Positions 1 through 9,297 of a stretch of DNA of 64,000 nt are shown in pieces (the stretch's first letter is position 1; each line of letters starts with the position of its first letter). The stretch lies in NCBI GenBank assembly GCA_965248925.1, contig CBDFLE010000005.1, positions 1,280,001 to 1,344,000 on the forward strand, read 5' to 3'. The notes under the pieces are model-generated. The model did no database searches and was not told the DNA's origin. It saw only the letters and a list, made by a program, of their open reading frames with translations. The position numbers were made by a program, and so were the translations under genes. Source of the DNA: Candidatus Multivoradales bacterium (GTDB taxonomy: Bacteria; Acidobacteriota; Thermoanaerobaculia; Multivoradales; J023).

Positions 1-1
1 G

Positions 2-3000
2 AGCTATCTGCAGCCGGTGGTCCTCGGACAGGTGATGAGCGCCAACGATCCGCGCTGGTCGGTCTTCTGGGCCGCCGGCTCCACTACCTCGGAGCAGCCC
101 GCCTGGAATGGTCTCAGGATGGGAAAGACGGTCGGCGAGGATCCACAGGGTTCCCGGCAGCCGGAGGAGATCGGCTTCATCGTCTTCGAGGCCGGCCACG
201 GGAGCTTTGGCTCGACCGAATTCGAGGCCGGGGTGACCGCCCTGGGGGTGGGCGGTCTCTCTTTTTTGGCTCCCACCGCTCAGTCATTCGCCCAGCCCTT
301 CCCCGAGGCGCCAGAAGTCATGTTGGTCGGCCTGGCGGGAATAACCGACCCGGAGGGCGGTTGGGCCGAGCTCTATGGGGAGACGGCAAGTGGATTCCAG
401 GCCTTCGTCGAGGAAGATCAGCTAGGAGACGGCGAGCGCTCCCACGGCCCGGAGCGGGTGGCCTACCTGGCCTTCGACCAGGGCTTTCAGCAGGCGGGTG
501 CGCCTTTCGAGATTCCCGACGACCCGCCCTTTCCGGATTTGCTGACCGATTACGCGCTGTGCGAGATCGGTGCCGGTGATTTTCAGTTGGGCTGCTCCAG
601 CAGCGCATATTTCGAGTGTCTGGGTGACGGGATCGATGCCTGTGAGGCCGGCGTCAATCTCTGTGCCGATGAGCTCGAAAGCGTGGCCACGGGCTGCGCT
701 GGTTGTTTCGGCTCGGGCTGGAGGCTGAGGTCGCCTTTTGCCTTGCTCTCCTGCACTCGTTGCGCCTTCGAGGTCCTCGAATACATCGAATGCCTCGACG
801 ACGTCTCTTTTCAGCAACGTCTGAAGAACAGCCAGTGCAAGTGTGATTTCTGCGATACCCAGAATCCCACCTGCACCAACCGTTACGACGTCAACCTCGA
901 GGTCACCGGCCTGCGCTGCGGGGAGGCGGTCGCGGCCAATGTCCTCTGCCAGTCCGACTCGACGCCGGCCACCTTTATGCTGAGCGAAGTCTCACCCACC
1001 TCGAACATCCCGAACTGGTGCTCCGGGCAAGACGATTGGAGCGTCACGATCGGCACGGTCATGGACCTCGCCACCAATACTCCTAAGCGCTCATGCACAC
1101 CGTCTCAGCGGAGCGGCGCCGGTACGACCCATATCCCTTCGGTCACCGCTCGCTTCGATTGCAGTTGCAGCGGTGCCAGCTGTGGCGACTCCGTGCAGCC
1201 GGTAGTCCTGACCGGGAGCGCCTCTTGTATGGCGCCGAACGATTGGTTCAGCCTCGACGTGGAGGTGACCGACCCTTGCGGCCAGCCGGTCGGGCAGAAT
1301 CAGGTGACGGTCACCGAGTCCGACACCTTCTTCCTAGGGATCGATGCGGTGCCGGGCAGCTTGGTAAAGACCACCATCGTCGACAGCTCTGGCGGCTGTT
1401 TCAACGACCCCTTCGATGTGCAAGTTCCCGCGGAAACCACCGGGACCTTCAACGTCACCCACGTCTCCTGTGACAGCTCCTGTGGCGGCGAAGTCGACGT
1501 CAACGTCAGGGTCATGGGCTTCGGTGCGGGACTCGATGGCGGGGTTCAGCTCGAGCTCTTCCTCGACGGGCAGCTGACCAGCACCAACACCTCGGCCCAG
1601 GGCGTTGCCTCTCTAGGGCGGGCCACGACAGGGCAGTCCTACGCGGTTGGGATCAACAATCCCGTGGTCGTGCTGCCAGCCGGTGCCGCGCGGCAGTGCC
1701 AGTACACCGATCTTGCGGGAGGGGTGGTGCCCGGCACTGGCCCCGTGACCCTGGGTCGGGTGGAATGCTCGAAGCTCAACAACGAGCCACCCCCTTGCGA
1801 TGACTGCCCCGACGGCATGCCCGGATCTCCGGCACCCCTACCGCCCCTACCGCTCCCCCCGGGCTCGGACGTGACCTGTGAGCAGGTCTGTCCGCCACCA
1901 CAGGCGACCAGCGTGGAAATCCCCTGTGATCCGTCCCTCTATTGTAACGGCAACGAGCCTTGTTACTGCGAGGCGGTCTCCTACATCTTTCCGCCTTGCT
2001 TCCTGGTATGCACCTCGCAATCCACCGTGATCACGGTCGACACCCCGGACGTGGTCTTCTCCCTGCGCGGTGACCATCCCACCGAGGTCTTGATCGCCAA
2101 TCAGAAGTTGCGGGTCGGTGCCGACACTGTGGACGATGTCGGCCTGAACCAGATCCGTTTGGCCATCGACGACCAGTGGGCCGGCTTCCTCGAGCTCGGA
2201 GGGGCTCAGAGCGCCACCACTTTCCATGAGCTGGACACCAGCCAGCTCGGAGTGGGCACTCACCGCCTGACCGCAGCGGTCTATGACGAGGAAGGCGGCT
2301 GGACGGCTCTCTACGACAGGGGCTTCGTGGTGCAGCATGCCGCCGACCCTTGTGTCGGAGACGACACCGGGCCGGTGCTCGAGATCGTCAGTCACTCCGA
2401 CGGTCAGCAGATTCCGCCCGGTCAGGTGACCTTGATCACCACCGGCACGGACAGTGGCAGCGGTATCTCCCAGGTCACCTATCTGATCGACGGTGTGGAG
2501 CAGCACAGCGATTCGAGCTCTCCCTACACTTTCAGCAATTGGTGGCCGGGTCCCGGTCAGTACACGGTGACCGCGAGAGGCAGGGACTTCTGCGGCAATC
2601 AGAGCGAGACCTCGATCACCCTGGTGGTGGTCGACCCGAGCGGCTGCACCGGTCAGCCCGAACCCTCGGTGGAGGTGACCAACCTTCAGGATGGTAGCTG
2701 GTTGCCACCGGGTCTCTACCACCTGGAGGCCTCGGCGACCGATCACTCGGGAAGCGGCATCGACCGGGTCGAATTTCAAGTCGGCAGCTTCGACCCCTGG
2801 GTCGATTCGGGGGCTCCCTTCGAGTCGAATGGCTATTGGCTGACCAACCAGGGGCCGGTGCCGATCGAGGTTCGGGTCTGGGATGGCTGTGGCCGAATGG
2901 GCACCGAGAGCCTGACCATTCATATCGAGGAGGACGCTTCCGTCTGCTCCCTCGACACGGCGGACCCATGGACCACCATCGCCTTGCCGGCCCACGGCGA

Positions 3001-3976
3001 GACGGTGTCGGAAGGTGCGGTCGAGGTGGTCGCCAATGCCGGCGACGACACCGGGCTCATGGCCGCGACCCTGCAGGTGGACGGGACCGTGCCGGAAGGG
3101 TTCACCATCCTCTCCGCCGATCCGACCGACTATCGATGGACCTGGCAGGCGACTCCCGGGACCCACACTCTCAGGGTCGCGGCCATGGACCAATGCAACA
3201 AAGTGGGCCTCTCGGCGCCCCGAACCGTCACGGTCACCGAGCGACCGACCTGCAACACCGGCGGCACCAAGCTGTGCTTGCTGGGCGGCCGCTTTGAGGT
3301 GACCCTGGACTATCCGGGCGGCAGCGCCAAAGCCCTATCGCGAACCGACAAGAGCGGTGCCCTCTGGTTCAACAATCCCAGCAGCATCGAAGCTCTGGTC
3401 AAGATCCTCGACGGCCGGGCTCAGAACGGGAGCTTCTGGGTCTACCACGGTGCCTTGACCGACCAGGGTTACACCCTGACGGTCAAGGATCTGTGGGAGA
3501 ACCTTACCCGCGTCTACCAGAGCCCGGGAGGGGATCTATGCGGCGGCTCCGACAACCAGGGCTTTCCCTCGTTGATGGATCCACCGGCCGGCCCCCTCGG
3601 TGGGAGCTCAGGAGCCGGAAGCAGCGGCGCCGGGGCCTGTGTGCCGACGCCGAAGCGCCTGTGCCTGAACGGCAAGCGTTTCGCGGCCGAGGTCCGCTAC
3701 CGCAACCCCAGCAATCCCGGTCAGATGCTGAATGCCACCAAGGCCAAGCACAAAGATCGGAGCGGCACCTTCTGGTTCTTCGATCCGGCCAATGAGGAAG
3801 TCGGGGTCAAGATCATTGACGGTTCCGCCCAGAACGGCCACTTCTGGGTGTTGCACGGCGGTGCCACCGACATCCACTACGAGGTGACGGTCACCGACAC
3901 CCAGACCGGCGCAAGCAAGACCTACGTCCAGGCCGCAGGCAGCTATTGCGGCTCTGCCGACACGCAGGCCTTCTAG
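2..3976 (+). CDS. Large secreted Cys-rich protein with bacterial Ig-like domains and a duplicated C-terminal domain (5' partial)
   Basis: Frame is open to the window edge (>1319 aa). Many Cys clusters and about 4 Ig-like repeats (e.g. DSGSGISQVTYLIDG...SPYTF). Two copies of a C-terminal LCL..GRF...WF....EA/VxVKI(L/I)DG.AQNG.FWV.HG domain. Confidence 0.75.
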   Translation, partial: SYLQPVVLGQVMSANDPRWSVFWAAGSTTSEQPAWNGLRMGKTVGEDPQGSRQPEEIGFIVFEAGHGSFGSTEFEAGVTALGVGGLSFLAPTAQSFAQPFPEAPEVMLVGLAGITDPEGGWAELYGETASGFQAFVEEDQLGDGERSHGPERVAYLAFDQGFQQAGAPFEIPDDPPFPDLLTDYALCEIGAGDFQLGCSSSAYFECLGDGIDACEAGVNLCADELESVATGCAGCFGSGWRLRSPFALLSCTRCAFEVLEYIECLDDVSFQQRLKNSQCKCDFCDTQNPTCTNRYDVNLEVTGLRCGEAVAANVLCQSDSTPATFMLSEVSPTSNIPNWCSGQDDWSVTIGTVMDLATNTPKRSCTPSQRSGAGTTHIPSVTARFDCSCSGASCGDSVQPVVLTGSASCMAPNDWFSLDVEVTDPCGQPVGQNQVTVTESDTFFLGIDAVPGSLVKTTIVDSSGGCFNDPFDVQVPAETTGTFNVTHVSCDSSCGGEVDVNVRVMGFGAGLDGGVQLELFLDGQLTSTNTSAQGVASLGRATTGQSYAVGINNPVVVLPAGAARQCQYTDLAGGVVPGTGPVTLGRVECSKLNNEPPPCDDCPDGMPGSPAPLPPLPLPPGSDVTCEQVCPPPQATSVEIPCDPSLYCNGNEPCYCEAVSYIFPPCFLVCTSQSTVITVDTPDVVFSLRGDHPTEVLIANQKLRVGADTVDDVGLNQIRLAIDDQWAGFLELGGAQSATTFHELDTSQLGVGTHRLTAAVYDEEGGWTALYDRGFVVQHAADPCVGDDTGPVLEIVSHSDGQQIPPGQVTLITTGTDSGSGISQVTYLIDGVEQHSDSSSPYTFSNWWPGPGQYTVTARGRDFCGNQSETSITLVVVDPSGCTGQPEPSVEVTNLQDGSWLPPGLYHLEASATDHSGSGIDRVEFQVGSFDPWVDSGAPFESNGYWLTNQGPVPIEVRVWDGCGRMGTESLTIHIEEDASVCSLDTADPWTTIALPAHGETVSEGAVEVVANAGDDTGLMAATLQVDGTVPEGFTILSADPTDYRWTWQATPGTHTLRVAAMDQCNKVGLSAPRTVTVTERPTCNTGGTKLCLLGGRFEVTLDYPGGSAKALSRTDKSGALWFNNPSSIEALVKILDGRAQNGSFWVYHGALTDQGYTLTVKDLWENLTRVYQSPGGDLCGGSDNQGFPSLMDPPAGPLGGSSGAGSSGAGACVPTPKRLCLNGKRFAAEVRYRNPSNPGQMLNATKAKHKDRSGTFWFFDPANEEVGVKIIDGSAQNGHFWVLHGGATDIHYEVTVTDTQTGASKTYVQAAGSYCGSADTQAF

Positions 3977-4193
3977 CCGATTCGCCTCTCCACCGCGGGC
4001 CGAGAGAGCTCGGCCCGCGGTGCTTCTCTCCGCGTTTCCCCTCTCCCCCGATCTGGACGTTCCTGACGCCCTCACCCAGCAGCTCGGCCGCAGCTGCGGT
4101 CAGCACCAGCTGGCCACTGCGCCGGACGGTGATCTCGGGGCCTCGATGCTCGCTGGCGGTGCCTTCGTAGAACTCGAAATTGGTTGTGGTCAT
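3891..4193 (-). pseudogene. Truncated small hypothetical gene
   Basis: AGGAG RBS then MTTTNFEFYEGTASEHRGPEITVRRSGQLVLT. After about 50 aa it loses protein-like character and runs into the terminator and the opposing gene. Confidence 0.4.
3991..4022 (+). terminator. GC-rich hairpin, probable terminator
   Basis: Perfect 14-bp stem caccgcgggccgag/ctcggcccgcggtg, 14 nt after the stop codon, followed by a pyrimidine-rich tract. Confidence 0.65.
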
Positions 4194-4351
4194 CGTCTTC
4201 TCCTGTGGTCGGTTGCCGTGTGGCCGGTGGCGCCCGATGCGCTCTCGACCGATGGCCAAGGACTACAAGTAACCACGACGGGGCGTCAACCAGCGCGGGA
4301 CGGATCGTTCAAGGTTGCCTGATACCCTTACCCTGTTCTATTTGCATTTAA

Positions 4352-5826
4352 GGGTCATCCGGGAAATGGAGAGGCGAGCTGGTCATGGAGAAAGAAGAGC
4401 CTGAGCTTGAAGTACTCCATGTCTCGGAATCCATAGGCACTCCTCTTGAGGACCTTGATCTTGTTGTTGATGCCTTCGAGGGGTCCGGATAAGATGCGGT
4501 GACGGAAGTAGCTGAGCAGTCCTGGGCGATGTTTGTCGAGGGTATTGGCGAGCTTCGCGAAGTGGGGATTGTCGATGGCTTTGGCCTGGGTAGTCCAGGC
4601 GTCGAGGAAGTCCTTGCCGTCCTCTTCGTTCGGTAGGTTCCAGAAGAATCGTAGCTCCTCGTTGAGGAGATAGGCTTGGTAGAGGGGCTGGTTCAACTCC
4701 ATGAGAAGGGCGAGGTGCTCCAGGGAGGAGGGCTTGAGCTTCTCTCTTCGGGTTTCGTCGATGGCCTGATTGGCAAGAGCCACGACATGGTAGGGGTCGT
4801 GGACGATGTCGACCTGCTGGCCGAAGACCTGCCGGATTGCCTTGTGGTAGGCCTGGGACATATCGATTGCCACAGCTCGGGGACAAAGGCCTCTACTCTT
4901 GAGCTTCCAGAGGAAGGGCAGCAGGGCCTCGGCGTCCCTTCCGGAGTGAGCATGGAGGATCTGTCCGCTTTCCAGATCCAGCACCACGGTCATGTAGCGG
5001 TGTTCCTTGTGGGTGGCGAACTCGTCGACCGCGAGGTAGCGAACTTTGGAGAGCTTGCGCCGCTTCAGGCGCCTCTGGAGATGGCTCTTGTGGATCTCCT
5101 TGACCAAGTCCCAGCCGACGCCCAGTAGATCGGCGACGGCCTGCAGGGTGGCGATCTGGCACAGCTGGACGACGTAACGCGCGAAGGCCCGCAAATGGCT
5201 TTCTTTGCCCTCGGTGAAGGCGATCGGCTCTCGCCGGGTCTCTCCACATCGCCGACAGTGCTGGCGATGACCATGCAGAACCACAAACTGGGGTCGCCAC
5301 CCCACGGGTAGGGCGAAGAAGGTGCGCTCGAAGCCACCTTCAAGACGCAGATCGTACCAGCGCGCTCCGCACGCTCGGCAGGTGCGCTTGTGGGGAGCGA
5401 GTTCGACATGGTGGTAAACCCATCCGTGGGCGAACTCGGTGCAGCGCTGCACGTATCCGACCAAGCCGAGCGTGTGGTACAAGAAGCTGGTTGTCGCCAT
5501 GAATCGGTCTCCCTGGGTTGGTTTGAGATACGACCAGGATGATCGACATGGCGACAACTCTCAAATCCCGCGCGCCCTCCTGCTCACAGAATTGCTCAAT
5601 CCGGTGCCTGTGCCCAGCCCTGCTTGGCGGCCTCCAGATCGTCTTGACCCCGTCGCCCACAAGTCTAGGGGCGACAGCGGCTGACCGGGTCAAGGGCGGC
5701 GGAGCCGGCGAAGCGTACCCTTGAGGCGGTCAGCCGCTGTCGCCACACTGGGCCAGCGACGGGGCTTGCATGGTCTGGTCTGACGAGTCCGACCAGACCA
5801 TGACCTCCTCATTTCCCGGATGAACC
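4352..5826 (-). mobile_element. ISL3-family insertion sequence
   Basis: Terminal inverted repeats gggtcatccgggaaatggagagg (from 4352) and cctcctcatttcccggatgaacc (to 5826). Flanks gcatttaa / gcatttcg look like a degenerate 8-bp target duplication. Encloses an ISL3 transposase. Confidence 0.85.
4355..5500 (-). CDS. ISL3-family transposase, apparently with an internal in-frame deletion
   Basis: CxxC zinc finger plus AVDEF, AIDMS, DPYHVV and EGINNKIKVLKRSAYGFR motifs. Probable start MATTSFLYH at 5500 (381 aa). Confidence 0.9.
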   Translation of the reverse strand: MATTSFLYHTLGLVGYVQRCTEFAHGWVYHHVELAPHKRTCRACGARWYDLRLEGGFERTFFALPVGWRPQFVVLHGHRQHCRRCGETRREPIAFTEGKESHLRAFARYVVQLCQIATLQAVADLLGVGWDLVKEIHKSHLQRRLKRRKLSKVRYLAVDEFATHKEHRYMTVVLDLESGQILHAHSGRDAEALLPFLWKLKSRGLCPRAVAIDMSQAYHKAIRQVFGQQVDIVHDPYHVVALANQAIDETRREKLKPSSLEHLALLMELNQPLYQAYLLNEELRFFWNLPNEEDGKDFLDAWTTQAKAIDNPHFAKLANTLDKHRPGLLSYFRHRILSGPLEGINNKIKVLKRSAYGFRDMEYFKLRLFFLHDQLASPFPG

Positions 5827-5958
5827 GCATTTCGGGACTGCGAGATGTCGCCTTCAGCAGCGAGCGGCGATGTGACAAGGTAACCGGGACGCGCGCGTCG
5901 ATCGCTCCGGTGGTTTGCGCTGCCGCCCGCGCTCTCACCCATCACTCCACGGGAACCA

Positions 5959-7221
5959 ATGCTCGAAACCATCGAAGCTCTGCTCACTCAGCTCCGCCTG
6001 CCCTTCGGCGGGCGTGCCCTCGGTGCGCTCGCGCTGGCGGCGGCGGTACTGCTGCTTGTGGTCGGCGCGGCGATCTCGTTCTTCGTCGCCAAGAAACTGC
6101 TTCTCCGGATCGTCTCCGCCGCCGTCGCGCGGACCAAAACAGATTGGGACGACCGTCTGCTACGGCACCGGGTTTTCTTCTGGCTGGCCCACCTGGCTCC
6201 CGGCGCCGTGCTCTTCCGCTTGGCGCCGGGAGCGCTCGAAGGCGCCGCGTCGATGGCCGCTGGGATTCGGGCCGCGGCGCAGGTCTACATGGTCGTGGTC
6301 GGGCTGCTCGCCGTCGATGCGCTCTTGAACGCAACCCTCGAGATCTACGACACTTTCCGGGTCTCCCATCAGGTGCACCTCAAAGGTCTCGTCCAGGTCG
6401 CCAAGATCATCCTCTACCTGACGACGCTCTTGATCGTCATCGCGACCCTCTTGGGCAAGTCGCCGATCGTGTTGCTGAGCGGCTTGGGGGTGCTCGCCTC
6501 GGTGCTGATGTTGGTCTTCAAGGACGCGATCCTCGGTTTCGTTGCCGGCATCCAACTATCGACCAACCGCATGCTGTCGAAGGGCGATTGGCTGGAGATG
6601 CCGAGCTACGGTGCCGATGGCGACGTTCTCGAGATCGCGCTGACCACGGTCAAGGTGCAGAACTGGGACATGACGATCACCACAGTTCCGACGTATGCCC
6701 TGATCACCCAGTCATTCAAGAATTGGCGCGGCATGTCGGAGTCCGGCGGCCGGCGGATCAAGCGCTCGATCGCGATCGACATGAGCACGATCAAGCTTTG
6801 TACCGCCGAGATGACCGAGCGCTACTCGAAGATCCGCTATATCGCCGCCTACGTCGAACGCAAGCGGCGTGAGCTCGGTGAGTGGAACGACGCCCAGGGC
6901 ATCGAGGATACGAGTATCGTCAATGGGCGGCACCTGACCAACGTCGGCACATTTCGCGCCTATCTCGTCGCCTACTTGGAGAGTCATCCCGCGATTCACC
7001 AGGAGATGACATTGCTGGTGCGTCAGCTCGCGCCGACGCCGGACGGCCTGCCGATCGAGATCTACTGCTTCACCAACGACCCGGCGTGGGTGCGATATGA
7101 GTCGATCCAGGCCGATATCTTCGACCACATTCTGGCGATCGCCCCGGAGTTCGATCTGCGGGTCTTTCAGCATCCGAGCGGCGGCGATCTCGCAGCTCTC
7201 AAGCCGGTATTGTCAACTTAG
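5959..7221 (+). CDS. Mechanosensitive channel, MscS family (YbdG/MscM-like)
   Basis: 420 aa with LVFKDAILGFVAGIQL, GDWLEMP, TVKVQNWD, NWRGM..SGGRRIKRS and TNVGTFRAY motifs. Confidence 0.92.
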   Translation: MLETIEALLTQLRLPFGGRALGALALAAAVLLLVVGAAISFFVAKKLLLRIVSAAVARTKTDWDDRLLRHRVFFWLAHLAPGAVLFRLAPGALEGAASMAAGIRAAAQVYMVVVGLLAVDALLNATLEIYDTFRVSHQVHLKGLVQVAKIILYLTTLLIVIATLLGKSPIVLLSGLGVLASVLMLVFKDAILGFVAGIQLSTNRMLSKGDWLEMPSYGADGDVLEIALTTVKVQNWDMTITTVPTYALITQSFKNWRGMSESGGRRIKRSIAIDMSTIKLCTAEMTERYSKIRYIAAYVERKRRELGEWNDAQGIEDTSIVNGRHLTNVGTFRAYLVAYLESHPAIHQEMTLLVRQLAPTPDGLPIEIYCFTNDPAWVRYESIQADIFDHILAIAPEFDLRVFQHPSGGDLAALKPVLST

Positions 7222-7826
7222 TCGAGCGCGATCGACGACTGCCCACTTTGCTCCGCCATTTCAAGCCGCCAGCGAGACCTCTGCCCGGTTGTTCGCCCAG
7301 CACCGGATATCGTGGCGAACCACCGGCACTTCCTTTCACGGTGATCACAGCCGTAACTGGTGCGCTTGTTAGTGATCAGGCGACCCTCTCCTTGGCCCTG
7401 TGCCTTCAGTAGCTTACAAAAGAAGCGTTTAGCTGCCCGGCGATCCCTGCAAGCCCCAGACTTGTGCTGACCTCGTGTAACTTGACACTACCTGCCGATG
7501 TACTTCGACCCGGAAACCGGCGACAGCTAGTCTGTCCTCGATCGCAGACCGAAGTGGCTGAAAGAGCGACCCCTCTAGGAATGGCCGCTAGACAAACTGA
7601 GAATACGCCGCAATCCTTGGCAGCCGTGAGGTTAGAGTTGCAAGGGGAGGGTGTGGGGGCGGGACGCCTGCGCGATGAGAGAGAGCAATCTCGCGCCGAC
7701 ATCCCGCCCGGAAGGGGCGTTGGGGCAGGGAGTTTCGGTGCTCCAGGCCGGAGCACCAGGGTGGCGGAAAAATGCAACCGGATGCACCGGCTACATAACT
7801 TCTAGATCTGCTACGAGTGTTGCCGA

Positions 7827-8267
7827 CTAACGACTCGCCAAACGCTGATAGAGGCCTACTTCGAAACCCCTTCTGAGACTGTCGGCGAAAGCTAGGGCCG
7901 GATGCCCGCCGCGCACTTTCTGCAGTCCATACAGTACCCGCTGGGCCTCGCTGATGCGTCGCTGCAAAATCAATGTTTCGGCCAGGAAAGCCCGCGCCTC
8001 GAGGTGCCCTGGCACCGCGCCGAGGACTTTCCAATAGCACCTCTCGGCGGCCCGGTAGCGGCCCTTGGCAAAAGCTCGCAGCCCCTCGATCAATGTCGTC
8101 GTCGAGCGTTCGGAGTTTTGTACCGCGTTGACGGTGGTGTCGTGCCGAGTCTTCGAGATATCGCTGACGGTACTCCGCAAAGCAGTCTCTACCGCTGTGC
8201 TCTCAGGCAGTTGGAACCAGCTACTCCGATTCGGTGTTAGCTCACTCGCGCCGCGGATTGATTCCAT
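7827..8267 (-). CDS. Small TPR-containing protein
   Basis: Purine-rich RBS before ATG at 8267. C-terminal TPR-like helices (GLRAFAKGRYRAAERCY..VL...PGHLEARAFLAE). Confidence 0.6.
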   Translation of the reverse strand: MESIRGASELTPNRSSWFQLPESTAVETALRSTVSDISKTRHDTTVNAVQNSERSTTTLIEGLRAFAKGRYRAAERCYWKVLGAVPGHLEARAFLAETLILQRRISEAQRVLYGLQKVRGGHPALAFADSLRRGFEVGLYQRLASR

Positions 8268-8452
8268 CGGACCCCCTTCGTTATGGTCACAGTAACCGCC
8301 GGACGCCGCCGACCGGATTGGCTGGAGGTCGGGCAACGCCCTGACTCCACGCCCCGCGGCTACTGCTTATCGGCCAACGTCCCGAAGCACCGACCGGGGG
8401 AGAAACCAAAGGTTTCGCCACGATTGCCTCAGGACTTGATGACTCATACCAA

Positions 8453-8469
8453 AGCAAGTGCCATACCAG
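8453..8469 (-). promoter_or_regulatory. sigma54 (-24/-12) promoter
   Basis: Minus strand CTGGTATGGCACTTGCT has exact GG-N10-GC spacing. It lies directly downstream of a sigma54-activator operon and points at the TPR gene. Confidence 0.7.
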
Positions 8470-8580
8470 CCTTGAACTACCGTCTTAAGTACTTGATACG
8501 AACAAACTTATGGTCTAGACACAGATCTCAGGAGGGTTCGCTGAAGGAAGAAATCGGGGAATTTTTCCCTGCTCCGAGAA

Positions 8581-9297
8581 TCAGTTGAGAGGCTGGGATA
8601 ACTTGGTATCGATGCGTTTGAGCTGCTCGAGTTCTTCGCGCAAGCGCTCCAACTGCTGCTCGCTCTCGGCCAGCTCCATGGCGCGTACCTTGAACTGGCG
8701 GCTGAGTTGGGTGAGCTGACGATCGAGCAGGTTAATCTCGCGATTCTTGCGCTCTTCGAGTTCGGCCAGACTCTCTTGCAGAGCACGGGAACCCTCGATC
8801 AACCGCTCGATGAACAGAGTGCGGGTTCTGACCGCGCTTCTTAGCCGATCGAGATCTTCGCCGAGGGCCAAGAACAGCTCGGCCGCTGGTCGATACTGGC
8901 TCTCCGGATAGCTATCGATCAGCCGACTGAACCACTCGCCGGCCCGCTGCCACTGCTGCCGACCGGGGGCCAACGCCAGGCTCAATCCGAGGCGGAACAT
9001 CAGCCGATCACCTGCCTCGAGGCTCGCCACAGGTGGCTCTAGGGAGATCTCGTAAGCGGCAGCGGCAGCGGCGAAATCGCGATTGTCGTAGAGCTGGTCG
9101 GCGGGGTTGGCCAGCGGTGCGGTGGTGATACAGCCGGCGATCGCGAGCTGCATGGTCAAGGCAGCAAGGGCTGGGCCGAGTGCGACGCAGCTCTTGCACC
9201 AGCTTTGTGCCAGACCCCCTGCTAAGAATCCAGGCGCGGAAAAATAGCGCTTGTCTGTGCTTCCATCGAGATATCGCCGCCGCTTGCTAACGCTCAT
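8581..9297 (-). CDS. Putative lipoprotein with TPR-like and coiled-coil regions (QseG/YfhG-like accessory protein)
   Basis: Lipobox-like LAIAGC, a helical repeat and a C-terminal coiled coil ending LEQLKRID. Third gene of the two-component operon. Start uncertain. Confidence 0.6.
   Translation of the reverse strand: MSVSKRRRYLDGSTDKRYFSAPGFLAGGLAQSWCKSCVALGPALAALTMQLAIAGCITTAPLANPADQLYDNRDFAAAAAAYEISLEPPVASLEAGDRLMFRLGLSLALAPGRQQWQRAGEWFSRLIDSYPESQYRPAAELFLALGEDLDRLRSAVRTRTLFIERLIEGSRALQESLAELEERKNREINLLDRQLTQLSRQFKVRAMELAESEQQLERLREELEQLKRIDTKLSQPLN

Noticed and set aside
1847-3193. 448-aa antisense ORF and similar long shadow ORFs (5820..6872, 27110..28222, 45791..46678)
   Set aside because: They overlap well-supported genes and are typical high-GC off-frame artefacts.
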